64,000 nucleotides of DNA from Candidatus Hydrogenedentota bacterium. Its GTDB lineage: Bacteria; Hydrogenedentota; Hydrogenedentia; Hydrogenedentales; SLHB01. The notes under the pieces are model-generated. The model made no database searches. It was not told the DNA's origin and worked only from the letters and a program-made list of their open reading frames with translations. Each line of letters begins with the position of its first letter. The first letter of the stretch is position 1. The position numbers were made by a program, and so were the translations under genes. The stretch is taken from the NCBI GenBank assembly GCA_045863295.1, contig BTWA01000006.1:96001-160000 (forward strand). Reading direction: 5' to 3'. Positions 18,579 to 27,089 of this stretch are shown one piece after another.

Positions 18579-18776
18579 CTACACTTCCAGTCCCGCCGCT
18601 TCAAGTTCGGCAAGGCACTCTTCCAACGTAATATCTTCCAAACTTACGTCGTCGCCCGTGTCGCCCGAATCGTCCGTTTCGTCCGCATGCGAAAGCAACG
18701 AAGGGCCAAACAACGCCAGCACAAGCGCCAGCAAACCACTTCCTAGCATCCATTTCCAACTCTTTGACTTGCTCAT
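18579..18776 (-). CDS. 65-aa secreted acidic peptide with a single Cys
   Basis: AGGAGG RBS. Basic N-region, hydrophobic core, SHA-D cleavage site. Mature part DETDDSGDTGDDVSLEDITLEECLAELEAAGLEV. Confidence 0.8.
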   Translation of the reverse strand: MSKSKSWKWMLGSGLLALVLALFGPSLLSHADETDDSGDTGDDVSLEDITLEECLAELEAAGLEV

Positions 18777-18852
18777 GCGATTCCTCCTGATTGCGGTGCA
18801 ATCTTGCGGGAGATGCCCTGTCTACGAATCCCCCGGCCGTCCACACACCTAC

Positions 18853-18880
18853 AGTATATCGAAACGGCACGATTATGCAA
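18853..18880 (-). promoter_or_regulatory. Candidate sigma70 promoter of the peptide gene
   Basis: Minus strand TTGCAT (18880-18875)-N16-TATACT (18858-18853). Confidence 0.55.
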
Positions 18881-18913
18881 AGACGTAACAAACAAAGAGT
18901 GGCCAACAACTTC

Positions 18914-20446
18914 CTAAGACTTGGCGGGCAAGGAGCGAATTCCCCCGCGCAACGAGAATACGTTTGGATATCCCTGTTTGTGGAACACCCGCGCTGCACT
19001 TCGGCTGCGGTGTCCATGGCTACAGCACAACACATAGGACCGGTCACATTCAAAAGGCGGAGAGGCAAAATCGATGCGGCTGAGGGGAACGGATAGTACG
19101 GCGCTCAGGGAAATCGGTTCGCGCTCAACCTCGTCCAATTCTCGCACGTCAACCAACGTGAACCTTTCTATCGTCCCAATGAGAATCTGCTGGTAGTCAA
19201 GCTCTATGGACTCGTCCGGCCCGTAATTCTCCGGGGACAAATCGGATATGGAAGGATTCGCCCCGCACACCGGACACCCGGAACTCTTTTCAATGACCAC
19301 CTTCCGTATACTCAGATCCAGACAATCCACGATTGCAATTCCATTGACTGGGCCTCCCGGAATAGCCAAGAGTTGACGCAAGGCTTCCATGGCCTGCATG
19401 GCCCCGAGAATTCCCGGAATAGCCCCAAGCACACCCACCTCGGCACACGTACCCACACAGCCCGGATCCGGCATGGTCGGCCAAAGGCACCGCAGACACG
19501 CCGATTCCCCAGGAACATAAACCTGAATCTGGCCTTCAAATTGATAAAGGCTGCCAAAAACTGCCGGCATACCCAGTAAGACTGCAGCGTCGTTGATGAG
19601 AAATTTTGTCGGAAAATTGTCCGTGCAGTCGAGCACCAAATCATACTGGTTGAATAGGGAATACGCGTTTTCGGCCGTGAGACGATGATCGTGTTGGCGC
19701 AATTCTATACCCGGATTCAGCGCTCGAAGTCGATGAAGGGCAAGTTCGATCTTCGGCTTACCAACGTCGATGGCGCTGTACAAGGGCTGACGATGCAAAT
19801 TGCTGATATCCAACGAGTCGGATTCACACAGGCCGAGAACGCCGATTCCCGCGGACGCCAGATAAGTTGCTGCGGGAGAACCCAACCCACCCAGCCCCAC
19901 AACAAGTACGCGGGCGTTGGCCAGTCTATGTTGTCCGTCTGTACCGATTTCGCGAAGCCGGATTTGACGGTCGTAATACAGAGCCGGATCGGGTGCAACG
20001 CTCGATCCCACTGGGCCATGTCCGTGTGCAGCGCAACGCTCGCAATTGACCCACCCCGAATTCCCGTCGATGTAGTACTCCTTTTTCCATATGGGTACTC
20101 GGTGCTTGACCTCGTCTATAATGTACCGGCAGGCTTTGAACGCCTCGTCGCGATGTGCGGAAACCGCACCTACCCAGACGGCCATGTCGCCAATGCCCAG
20201 CCCGCCAATGCGATGTACGCAGTGCGCGGTGATCAACCCGAAACGGCGAATGGCGTCCTCAACAATCCTGCACCCCTCAGCGACGGCCATCGACTCGTAG
20301 GCTTCATATTCCAGCCGGGTAACTGCTTTACCCTCGTTATGATTACGAACCCAGCCTTCAAACGATGTGAAGGCTCCGGCTTCAGGCGCAATCATCGTTG
20401 CTTTTAATGTGGCGGTGTCGATGGTGTCTTGACTCAATGAAAACAC
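18914..20446 (-). CDS. moaE/moeB: MoaE-MoeB(ThiF)-rhodanese fusion
   Basis: MoaE HRIGGL..SAHRDEAF..IDEVKHRVPIWKKE; MoeB YDRQIRL, GLGGLGSP, SNLHRQ, DCTDN, CLRC, CPVC; rhodanese VDVRE..CCSHGHRS..SLRGG. GTG start 2 nt after the moaD stop. Confidence 0.9.
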   Translation of the reverse strand: MFSLSQDTIDTATLKATMIAPEAGAFTSFEGWVRNHNEGKAVTRLEYEAYESMAVAEGCRIVEDAIRRFGLITAHCVHRIGGLGIGDMAVWVGAVSAHRDEAFKACRYIIDEVKHRVPIWKKEYYIDGNSGWVNCERCAAHGHGPVGSSVAPDPALYYDRQIRLREIGTDGQHRLANARVLVVGLGGLGSPAATYLASAGIGVLGLCESDSLDISNLHRQPLYSAIDVGKPKIELALHRLRALNPGIELRQHDHRLTAENAYSLFNQYDLVLDCTDNFPTKFLINDAAVLLGMPAVFGSLYQFEGQIQVYVPGESACLRCLWPTMPDPGCVGTCAEVGVLGAIPGILGAMQAMEALRQLLAIPGGPVNGIAIVDCLDLSIRKVVIEKSSGCPVCGANPSISDLSPENYGPDESIELDYQQILIGTIERFTLVDVRELDEVEREPISLSAVLSVPLSRIDFASPPFECDRSYVLCCSHGHRSRSAARVFHKQGYPNVFSLRGGIRSLPAKS

Positions 20447-20448
20447 CG

Positions 20449-20691
20449 TTAGCCTCCCGCCACCGGAGGAACGAAGACGACCGTGTCGCCTTCGGACAGC
20501 GGTGTGTCCCAATCGCCAAACGTCTCGTTAATCGCTACCTTAAGTTGTTCAAGGTGCAAAGTAAATCCATGAGTTCGCTGCAATTCACCGTACAAAGCGC
20601 GGGGAGTGGACGCCGTTGTACGCACCTCTTCAGCGGAAAGGCCTCGCTGCTCGCGCATCAACGCAAAATATCGTACATGGACAGTAATCAT
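20449..20691 (-). CDS. moaD: Molybdopterin synthase sulfur carrier subunit
   Basis: VRYFALMRE; C-terminal PPVAGG. Confidence 0.93.
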   Translation of the reverse strand: MITVHVRYFALMREQRGLSAEEVRTTASTPRALYGELQRTHGFTLHLEQLKVAINETFGDWDTPLSEGDTVVFVPPVAGG

Positions 20692-20707
20692 CCGGGCTCC
20701 ATCAACA

Positions 20708-21811
20708 TCAACCCGTTGCAAGGAATCGTCGAACCGAGTCCCGTTCGTCGGGGTTGTTCACATTCTGTAATGTCCGCGACTCGGGCGGGGTGATAAGCGC
20801 GATCCGGGAATTGATAAGCATCTTGCGCGGACAATCATATCCTGCCGCCAGAAATGCAAGCATCCTATGTATCGATTTCGGCTCGTAAATCGTACAAAGT
20901 GGCTCTGGAAAGCCTTGCTCGACATTGGCAAATGCAGTTGCATGACGGAATGGGTTGCGTTCCGCAATCAAGTGCCGCAGCACCTCGTGATCGACGAAAG
21001 GCATATCACACGCCAGTACAAGCCACGCAGCCCGGGGATCTTGGGTCAAAGCAGTCAGTATGGCACCCATTTGACCATGACCCAAAAAGGTATCCGAAAT
21101 TAATGGCAAGCCCGCATAGAACGGCTCATCAATTTGGTCGGGGCGAATGGACACGTGCGCCGACACGCAAACGCTACGCAACAATTCCAGGGCATGCAAA
21201 ACCTGAGGCCGGCCGTGATAGTCGATCCGCGCCTTGTCTGACTGCATGCGGGAGCTATGTCCTCCAGCCAGCACCAGACCCCGCAGGGGAACTCGCCCTG
21301 CCTCGCCAACAAGGTATTCGCACACCCGTTGGGTAAGTCCCGGTACGTCATCGAACGCATAAAACGCTTGGTCTGGCGCCAGAATTGGACATGCGTTTAG
21401 CGGCCCCACATAGGCAAGTACCTGCTCCTGGACTGGTTGAACGCCGTCAACAGCCACCACAACCTTGCAGCCGTCGAACAATTCGACACACTCCGTAAAC
21501 ACCACGTCGCAGTCCAGCAATGGACGGGACCCCACAAAGGAATCCAGTACTGATGGATACTGCAAACCCTGTTGGTTCCCCGTGACAAACAGGTTAACGC
21601 CGGAAAAGGCATCCCTCGCTGTCTCGGACCCTACTTCCGGTCCGCGGCAAACCACGCGCCCCACCAGACAGTCGCGAAATGCCTCTGCGATTACACCCGA
21701 AACGAGTGCGCCAATCAGCTCGGTTTGACCACAGCAGAAGCCAATCTCATAGGGATTGTATACGAACGGCTTCGGGTGGATTTTCTCCGAGTTGGAACTA
21801 GCGCACGGCAT
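20708..21811 (-). CDS. mobA: Molybdenum cofactor guanylyltransferase with a degenerate N-terminal domain (possibly MobB-derived)
   Basis: C-terminal half has GLVLAGGHSSRMQSDKA, LACDMP, EPLCTIYEP, NVNNPDE; preceded by about 175 extra aa. Confidence 0.82.
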   Translation of the reverse strand: MPCASSNSEKIHPKPFVYNPYEIGFCCGQTELIGALVSGVIAEAFRDCLVGRVVCRGPEVGSETARDAFSGVNLFVTGNQQGLQYPSVLDSFVGSRPLLDCDVVFTECVELFDGCKVVVAVDGVQPVQEQVLAYVGPLNACPILAPDQAFYAFDDVPGLTQRVCEYLVGEAGRVPLRGLVLAGGHSSRMQSDKARIDYHGRPQVLHALELLRSVCVSAHVSIRPDQIDEPFYAGLPLISDTFLGHGQMGAILTALTQDPRAAWLVLACDMPFVDHEVLRHLIAERNPFRHATAFANVEQGFPEPLCTIYEPKSIHRMLAFLAAGYDCPRKMLINSRIALITPPESRTLQNVNNPDERDSVRRFLATG

Positions 21812-22268
21812 AATCGGACCTGCCGCCTCTTTTTTCCATCAATCGGATTTCCTGAATGACGATGCCATGTGAGGCCGCTTTGCACATATCGTACACGGTC
21901 AATGCCGCGACCGAAGCACCGGTCATCGCTTCCATTTCCACACCCGTCTTCCCGTACACGCTGACCACGCAATCTATCTGAATCCTGTCAGGTTCCGGCA
22001 ACGTGATTTCCACCTGGCAATCGTCCAATCCAATAGGATGGCAAAACGGGATCAACTCGCTGGTCTTCTTCGCCGCCATTACGCCCGCAATGATGGCCGT
22101 GTGAAACACGGGACCTTTCTGGGTACGAAGAGCGCCGTCTCGAATAAGCATGGCTACTTCATCGGGAATGTGAATCAGCGCGCGCGCGCGCGCGGACCGT
22201 CGGGACATGGGCTTCTCTCCCACGTCCACCATGCGCGGCTGACCCTTCTCGTCAATGTGGGACAGCAT
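21798..22268 (-). CDS. moaC: Cyclic pyranopterin monophosphate synthase
   Basis: LSHID..RMVDVG, AAKKTSELIPFCHP, KTGVEMEAM, YDMCKA. Confidence 0.96.
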   Translation of the reverse strand: MLSHIDEKGQPRMVDVGEKPMSRRSARARALIHIPDEVAMLIRDGALRTQKGPVFHTAIIAGVMAAKKTSELIPFCHPIGLDDCQVEITLPEPDRIQIDCVVSVYGKTGVEMEAMTGASVAALTVYDMCKAASHGIVIQEIRLMEKRGGRSDYAVR

Positions 22269-22276
22269 ACGATCTC

Positions 22277-23338
22277 CTAACCTCCAATATGGTACATTTC
22301 CACGTGCTTGCGCATCTCAGGTGAATTCAAAGTCTCCATGCGTACCTCAGAATACCGATCTGCGCGCTGCTGCCACAATGACGCAATCAAGGCCGTAATT
22401 TCCTCCTCGTGTGCGCCATCCCGCAATGGAGTGCGAAGATCGAATCCATCCGAAGCAAACAAACAGGTGTATAGCTTTCCTTCCGCGGAGAGTCGCATCC
22501 GCGTGCAGTCTCCGCAAAAAGGTGCACTTACAGACGATATGAACCCAATTTCCCCCGATCCATCCAAGAACCGGTATCGGGCCGCAACCTCACCCCGGTA
22601 ATTGGGCTCCACAGGCGCTATCGGAAAGACCGCGTTTATCATCGCGCAGATTTCCCGCGATGGAACCACTTGGTGCATTCCCCAGCCATTGCAGGTCCCA
22701 ACGTCCATATACTCAATAAAACGTACGATATGGCCCGTGCCTTTGAAGCGCCGTACCAGTTCGACCACCGTATGCTCATTAAGTCCACGGATGACGACGG
22801 CGTTTATTTTTGCGGGAGGAAAACCGGCCGCTTCGGCGGCACGAAGACCCTGGAGAACCGCGTCAACGCCCGATCGCCCCCCGTTCATCGCGCCAAATAC
22901 GGCGTCATCCAGCGTATCAAGGCTTAAGGTGATACGACGCAATCCAGCGCGCATCAACGACTGTGCATAGGATGGCAGCAGCACGCCGTTGGTCGTAAGC
23001 GCGATGTCTTCCAACAACTCAATTCCAGCCAACTGAAGTACCAACTGATCCAGGTCACGCCGGAGCAACGGTTCTCCGCCCGTTATGCGAACCTTGCGCA
23101 CGCCCAGTTTCACGAATGACCGTGCCAGCACACAAATCTCTTCAAAGGTCAGCAATTCGCTCTTCTGAAGAAAATGATAGGACTCGTGATAGGTCGTTTC
23201 AGGCATACAATACGTGCAACGAAAATTGCATTTGTCAGTAACCGATATCCTCAGGTCATGCATCGGCCGGCCAAAACGATCCGAGGGATACTCCTCCTGT
23301 CGCGACGGTTCAATAGGGCGCGTGTTCGGATACCTCAT
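22277..23338 (-). CDS. moaA: GTP 3',8-cyclase (radical SAM)
   Basis: DLRISVTDKCNFRCTYCMP, TGGEPLLR, FCGDCTRMR..LYTCLF, C-terminal MYHIGG. Exact start uncertain. Confidence 0.95.
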   Translation of the reverse strand: MRYPNTRPIEPSRQEEYPSDRFGRPMHDLRISVTDKCNFRCTYCMPETTYHESYHFLQKSELLTFEEICVLARSFVKLGVRKVRITGGEPLLRRDLDQLVLQLAGIELLEDIALTTNGVLLPSYAQSLMRAGLRRITLSLDTLDDAVFGAMNGGRSGVDAVLQGLRAAEAAGFPPAKINAVVIRGLNEHTVVELVRRFKGTGHIVRFIEYMDVGTCNGWGMHQVVPSREICAMINAVFPIAPVEPNYRGEVAARYRFLDGSGEIGFISSVSAPFCGDCTRMRLSAEGKLYTCLFASDGFDLRTPLRDGAHEEEITALIASLWQQRADRYSEVRMETLNSPEMRKHVEMYHIGG

Positions 23339-23640
23339 GCGGGTTGGTTCTGGATGCACGCCGAATCCTTTTTGCGGCCTTCTATGTCTGGCTGGTGCAT
23401 ATTCATGGGACAATCATCTCTCGGTGATACACTATGCGTTTGCGATTCTATTCTGACTTTTCAAATCTTGCGAGGTCGACATACAGTACGGCAGTGGACG
23501 ATGGCAAGACAAGTATGAACAGCCGCTCTCGGATCAATACTATCTGTAGTCCAATTTGCGCTTTGTGAGTCACTCGAACGGCGTATCTGCCTGACCGTAT
23601 GTTCCTTATCTCATAAGCGCCACTGGAATCGCAAAGTCCA

Positions 23641-23673
23641 TCAAAACAAGAAATCCGCGTGTTGCCGCGGATT
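23641..23673 (-). terminator. Intrinsic-terminator-like hairpin in the long intergenic region
   Basis: Minus strand AATCCGCG-gcaaca-CGCGGATT followed by TCTTGTTTT. Confidence 0.5.
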
Positions 23674-23809
23674 CAACGAATACACCCATTTCCAATCCGG
23701 TCCTGCCGTAAAGGTTGCCCACTTCAACCAATGCAGGCAAGTCACAGAATCGAATGCAGCCTCAGTGTCCACGCCAGAGAGTCTCGAGTCATTAATCATA
23801 CCGGGCAAT

Positions 23810-23838
23810 GCTATTTGAGTCTTTAGAGCTATTTGAGT
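23810..23838. repeat. 11-bp direct repeat with 18-bp period
   Basis: GCTATTTGAGT at 23810-23820 and 23828-23838. Confidence 0.7.
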
Positions 23839-24184
23839 ACCATGCGACGCCAAGCCGGGGAGTGGATTCAGCGATCTTCAGGTTTTGCGGATATTGTAGG
23901 AGAAATCGGGAACGCGATGGGCCGCAGTGGTGTTTCCTTAGGAGTCTGTACCATAGTATGAAGGTTGGACAACACTGCAATCGCACAAAGTACAGGTTTT
24001 TCTGGATTTCTACCGGAAGACGGGAAGCCATTTGGGATTGCATATGCCGAATACTCAATAATCTCCGGCTTATCTTTGTGACTTATTGGATCAATTTGGC
24101 CTTTTATGCCCGGTACCTGTACAATCGGGGTTTTGTGCGCGTCGTGGTTTGAAGTTTTGACAACCCATTACACAGGAGGACGAT

Positions 24185-24607
24185 ATGAACACGAATGCCG
24201 CGTTGTTTCATATCAATATCAAGAGCCCTATTGCGGTTTATGTGCAAATTGAGAATCAGGTCATGTTTGCCATTGCAGCAGGCAAATACCAACCCGGGGA
24301 TACTGTTCCCTCTGTACGGGACATGTCCCAGATCCTCAATGTGAATCCGAACACGGTCACAAAGGCGTACCGCGATTTGGAATTGCTTGGGTTCGTGACC
24401 ACTCGTCGGGGTGTAGGCGTAACCGTGAGTGAAAAGGCGCCTAAACTCTGCAAAGACCGAGTATCTCAAATGGTTCGTTCGCATCTGGAAGACGCATTGG
24501 GAGAATGCATCGCCAGCGGACTGAAAGCCGCCGAAATCCGTTCCGCCGTGTCTAAAGCGATCGATGCGTCGGTGGTCCCCTACCACCCCGATCGAGTTTA
24601 TTCATAA
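24185..24607 (+). CDS. GntR-family regulator (YtrA-like)
   Basis: AGGAGG RBS; YVQIENQV..PGDTVPSVR..NVNPNTVTKAYRDLE..RRGVG. Confidence 0.93.
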   Translation: MNTNAALFHINIKSPIAVYVQIENQVMFAIAAGKYQPGDTVPSVRDMSQILNVNPNTVTKAYRDLELLGFVTTRRGVGVTVSEKAPKLCKDRVSQMVRSHLEDALGECIASGLKAAEIRSAVSKAIDASVVPYHPDRVYS

Positions 24608-24624
24608 CCGACGCAATCCGAAAT

Positions 24625-24666
24625 CAAACCGCCGGCACCCCCGCAGTAAGAGGGTTGCCGGCGGTT
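24625..24666. terminator. Hairpin between convergent genes
   Basis: AACCGCCGGCA...TGCCGGCGGTT stem. Confidence 0.6.
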
Positions 24667-24682
24667 CTGCAAATTGCGTTGG

Positions 24683-25012
24683 CTACTCGATACTGAACTG
24701 CTTGAGAATGGTGCCGATTTCCGCTTCTTCCTTCGGGTGAGTTTTCAAGATTGAGACCTTGCCCTTCGGAGAAATCGCGATGGCGTAGGCCATCCACGTA
24801 TACCCGCTACCACCATCCAATATGGGCAGTACAGTGTAAGCGCCGTTCCCCACGGCTCCTTGGCTCTGAGTTATCGCGGGCAAGGCAAGTGTCCCTTCAA
24901 TGGACGCCTCCGCTTTCGGGGATACCATACCGGCCCAGTATCCCGCCGCTGCAAACCCCCCGCACATCAACCCCAACAGCAAGTAACGCACATACTTCGA
25001 TTTCATGGCCAT
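24683..25012 (-). CDS. Small hypothetical exported or membrane-anchored protein
   Basis: GGGAG RBS; basic plus hydrophobic N-terminus with a possible AEA-S cleavage site. Confidence 0.65.
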   Translation of the reverse strand: MAMKSKYVRYLLLGLMCGGFAAAGYWAGMVSPKAEASIEGTLALPAITQSQGAVGNGAYTVLPILDGGSGYTWMAYAIAISPKGKVSILKTHPKEEAEIGTILKQFSIE

Positions 25013-25075
25013 TCTCCCTGGTTAAACGGTTGCAGAAGCGAAACTACATGCCGCCGAAGGCGGATATGTACGGAG

Positions 25076-25906
25076 TCAGGGTCGTTCGCCGCGTGCCAAG
25101 CGGGTATTAATCGAGTCAATAATAACCGGCAATTCACGAATAGATTGAATAAGAAAATGTGCGCCCGCTCCAGCAAGGCGTTGCCGGGCGTACTCGAATC
25201 GGCTCTTGCGAACTTCGTCGGGTAGCGCGTGCAAATCAACCTCACTCAGCCCCACCTCGTTGCCATGCTCGATCACCCCCACTGTCCACATGCCCGCATT
25301 GAGTCCTTCGCCAATGTCTACCGGCGTATCGCCTACCTTCACGATAGACTCCATCGGATACACACCCAACCGCTTTGCACACTCCAACGCCATCCACGGC
25401 GATGGGCGGCCTTCTGGAACTTCGTTTACACATACCATGGAATCAGGCTCGTAGCCTGCCTTGGCCGCCTCGGGGGTCAGAACAGACATCATCACGTCGT
25501 TGTAGCCAGTCGTGCTCCCGATGCGCAGTCCACGCCGCCTCAGTTCTGAAATTACTTCAAGCACCCCGGGGACCAGATCGGTATGTTTTCCTATGCAAGC
25601 CACTTGCATCGGCACGAACTCGGTGAAGAGCATATCCACATCGGCATGACCCGGCGTATGCCCCTTTTCCTTCTGCCACTGACTGGCGATGGAAGGCATG
25701 GAGAGCATCACGCGAAGGTGATCTTTCTTATGCATCCCCATGGGCTGGCGCGCTTGCTCAACCGTAACTTGGACCCCATGCTTTTCAAACAGTTCGACAA
25801 ATACAGAAGCAGGGGCCATGCAGCCAAAGTCAACGGTAGTCCCTGCCCAGTCGAATATGGCCGCCTTGAGTGGACCACGATAGATTCGATGAAACATAAA
25901 ATCCAC
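25076..25906 (-). CDS. phnX: Phosphonoacetaldehyde hydrolase (phosphonatase)
   Basis: FDWAGTTVDFG, PMGMHKKDH (Schiff-base Lys), STTGY, GRPSPWM, VKVGDT..EGLNAGMW. Confidence 0.95.
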   Translation of the reverse strand: MDFMFHRIYRGPLKAAIFDWAGTTVDFGCMAPASVFVELFEKHGVQVTVEQARQPMGMHKKDHLRVMLSMPSIASQWQKEKGHTPGHADVDMLFTEFVPMQVACIGKHTDLVPGVLEVISELRRRGLRIGSTTGYNDVMMSVLTPEAAKAGYEPDSMVCVNEVPEGRPSPWMALECAKRLGVYPMESIVKVGDTPVDIGEGLNAGMWTVGVIEHGNEVGLSEVDLHALPDEVRKSRFEYARQRLAGAGAHFLIQSIRELPVIIDSINTRLARGERP

Positions 25907-25956
25907 GGCAAATCTCCAATTGAAACGCTACGAAAAAGTACGAAAAGAACATGAAA

Positions 25957-27084
25957 CTAAACGAGACGAATGTTCATCGTATGAAGCACCGAGAAAATAG
26001 CATGAAGTAAGTCATCAATATCTGACTTTCCAATCCTGCCGATGGTCCCGATCCTGAAACAGTCCGCCTGAGCGACCTTTCCGGGATAAATTACGTAGCC
26101 GCGCTCGTTCAAGAGTCGATAGAATTTTACAAACTCGAAATTCGGGTGCTCAGGATAGCAAAACGATGTGATTATGGGTCCCTGTAACTCTCTGGAGAGA
26201 AACGTTTTGAATCCCATCCGCGTCATTCCTTCCAGGAGCGCGGCGTGATTGTCGCGGTAGCGCTTTTCCCTGGCCTCGACCCCACCCTCGCTTTCCAGTT
26301 CTAATAAAGCCTGATGGAAAGCCAATAGAGCATGGGTGGGTGGAGTAAATCGAAATTGACCGTTTTCTTCCAGACCCCGCCATTGGGAATGAAGGTCCAG
26401 ACACAAGCTCCTGGACCATCCTATCGTTTTCTCAATCAATTGGTTGCGCGCAATCACAAAGGAGAATCCCGGGACCCCCTCGATACATTTGTTGGCCGAA
26501 GACACCAGGTAATCTATACCACACTCATCCAGATCGATCGGCAACCCACCGAAGCTACTCATAGCGTCTACAAAGAACTGCCTTTTCGCCTCCCGTACCT
26601 GGGCTCCAATGGCATCCAAGGGATTCAAAATCCCCGTCGTGGTCTCGCAATGAACCATGGCCACCATCGTTATGGACATGTCATCGAGGGCAAGGCGTAC
26701 TGCATTGGAATCTGGAACCATGTCTTCGGAAAAGCGCAACACCTCGTGCGCGATCCGAAGCGTCTGAAGAATATTTACCATGCGCTCCCCGTAGGCGCCA
26801 TTGGCGAGGACGAGTACCTTGCCACTGGGCGGGACGCAACTGGAAAACACCGCCTCTACGGCATAGGTCCCGCTACCTTGTACTGGCACGGCCACAAATG
26901 CGTCCGTATTCCGGGTGGCGAGACGGACTAATCGCTCCCGGATATCGCGCACTACTGCAATAAACGCGTCGTCGCGCGATCCAAGGTCGTGGAGCATCGC
27001 CTGTTTGACGGTTGCGCTCGTGGTGAGCGGGCCGGGAGTGAACAAGGGCTTGTCTTTCCAACCCGGCAACGAAGTGTTGATCAT
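25957..27084 (-). CDS. phnW: 2-aminoethylphosphonate-pyruvate transaminase
   Basis: LFTPGPLTTS, HCETTTGILNP, DAMSSFG, SSANKCIEGVPG, QFRFTPPTH, IYPGK. Confidence 0.95.
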   Translation of the reverse strand: MINTSLPGWKDKPLFTPGPLTTSATVKQAMLHDLGSRDDAFIAVVRDIRERLVRLATRNTDAFVAVPVQGSGTYAVEAVFSSCVPPSGKVLVLANGAYGERMVNILQTLRIAHEVLRFSEDMVPDSNAVRLALDDMSITMVAMVHCETTTGILNPLDAIGAQVREAKRQFFVDAMSSFGGLPIDLDECGIDYLVSSANKCIEGVPGFSFVIARNQLIEKTIGWSRSLCLDLHSQWRGLEENGQFRFTPPTHALLAFHQALLELESEGGVEAREKRYRDNHAALLEGMTRMGFKTFLSRELQGPIITSFCYPEHPNFEFVKFYRLLNERGYVIYPGKVAQADCFRIGTIGRIGKSDIDDLLHAIFSVLHTMNIRLV

Positions 27085-27089
27085 CGGTA

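Noticed and set aside
18484..18581. Stop-codon readthrough fusing the peptide to the Lgt paralogue
   Set aside because: The frame after the TAG differs from the Lgt frame.
18865..18879. sigma54-like CGGCACGATTATGCA on the plus strand
   Set aside because: GG-to-GC spacing is 9 rather than 10, and it points away from any plus-strand gene.
23339..23640. Moco riboswitch upstream of moaA
   Set aside because: Expected from context, but I could not identify the conserved elements by eye; an Rfam scan is needed.
23641..24152. Short ORFs in the moaA-gntR gap
   Set aside because: No RBS, no family motifs, and they overlap one another.
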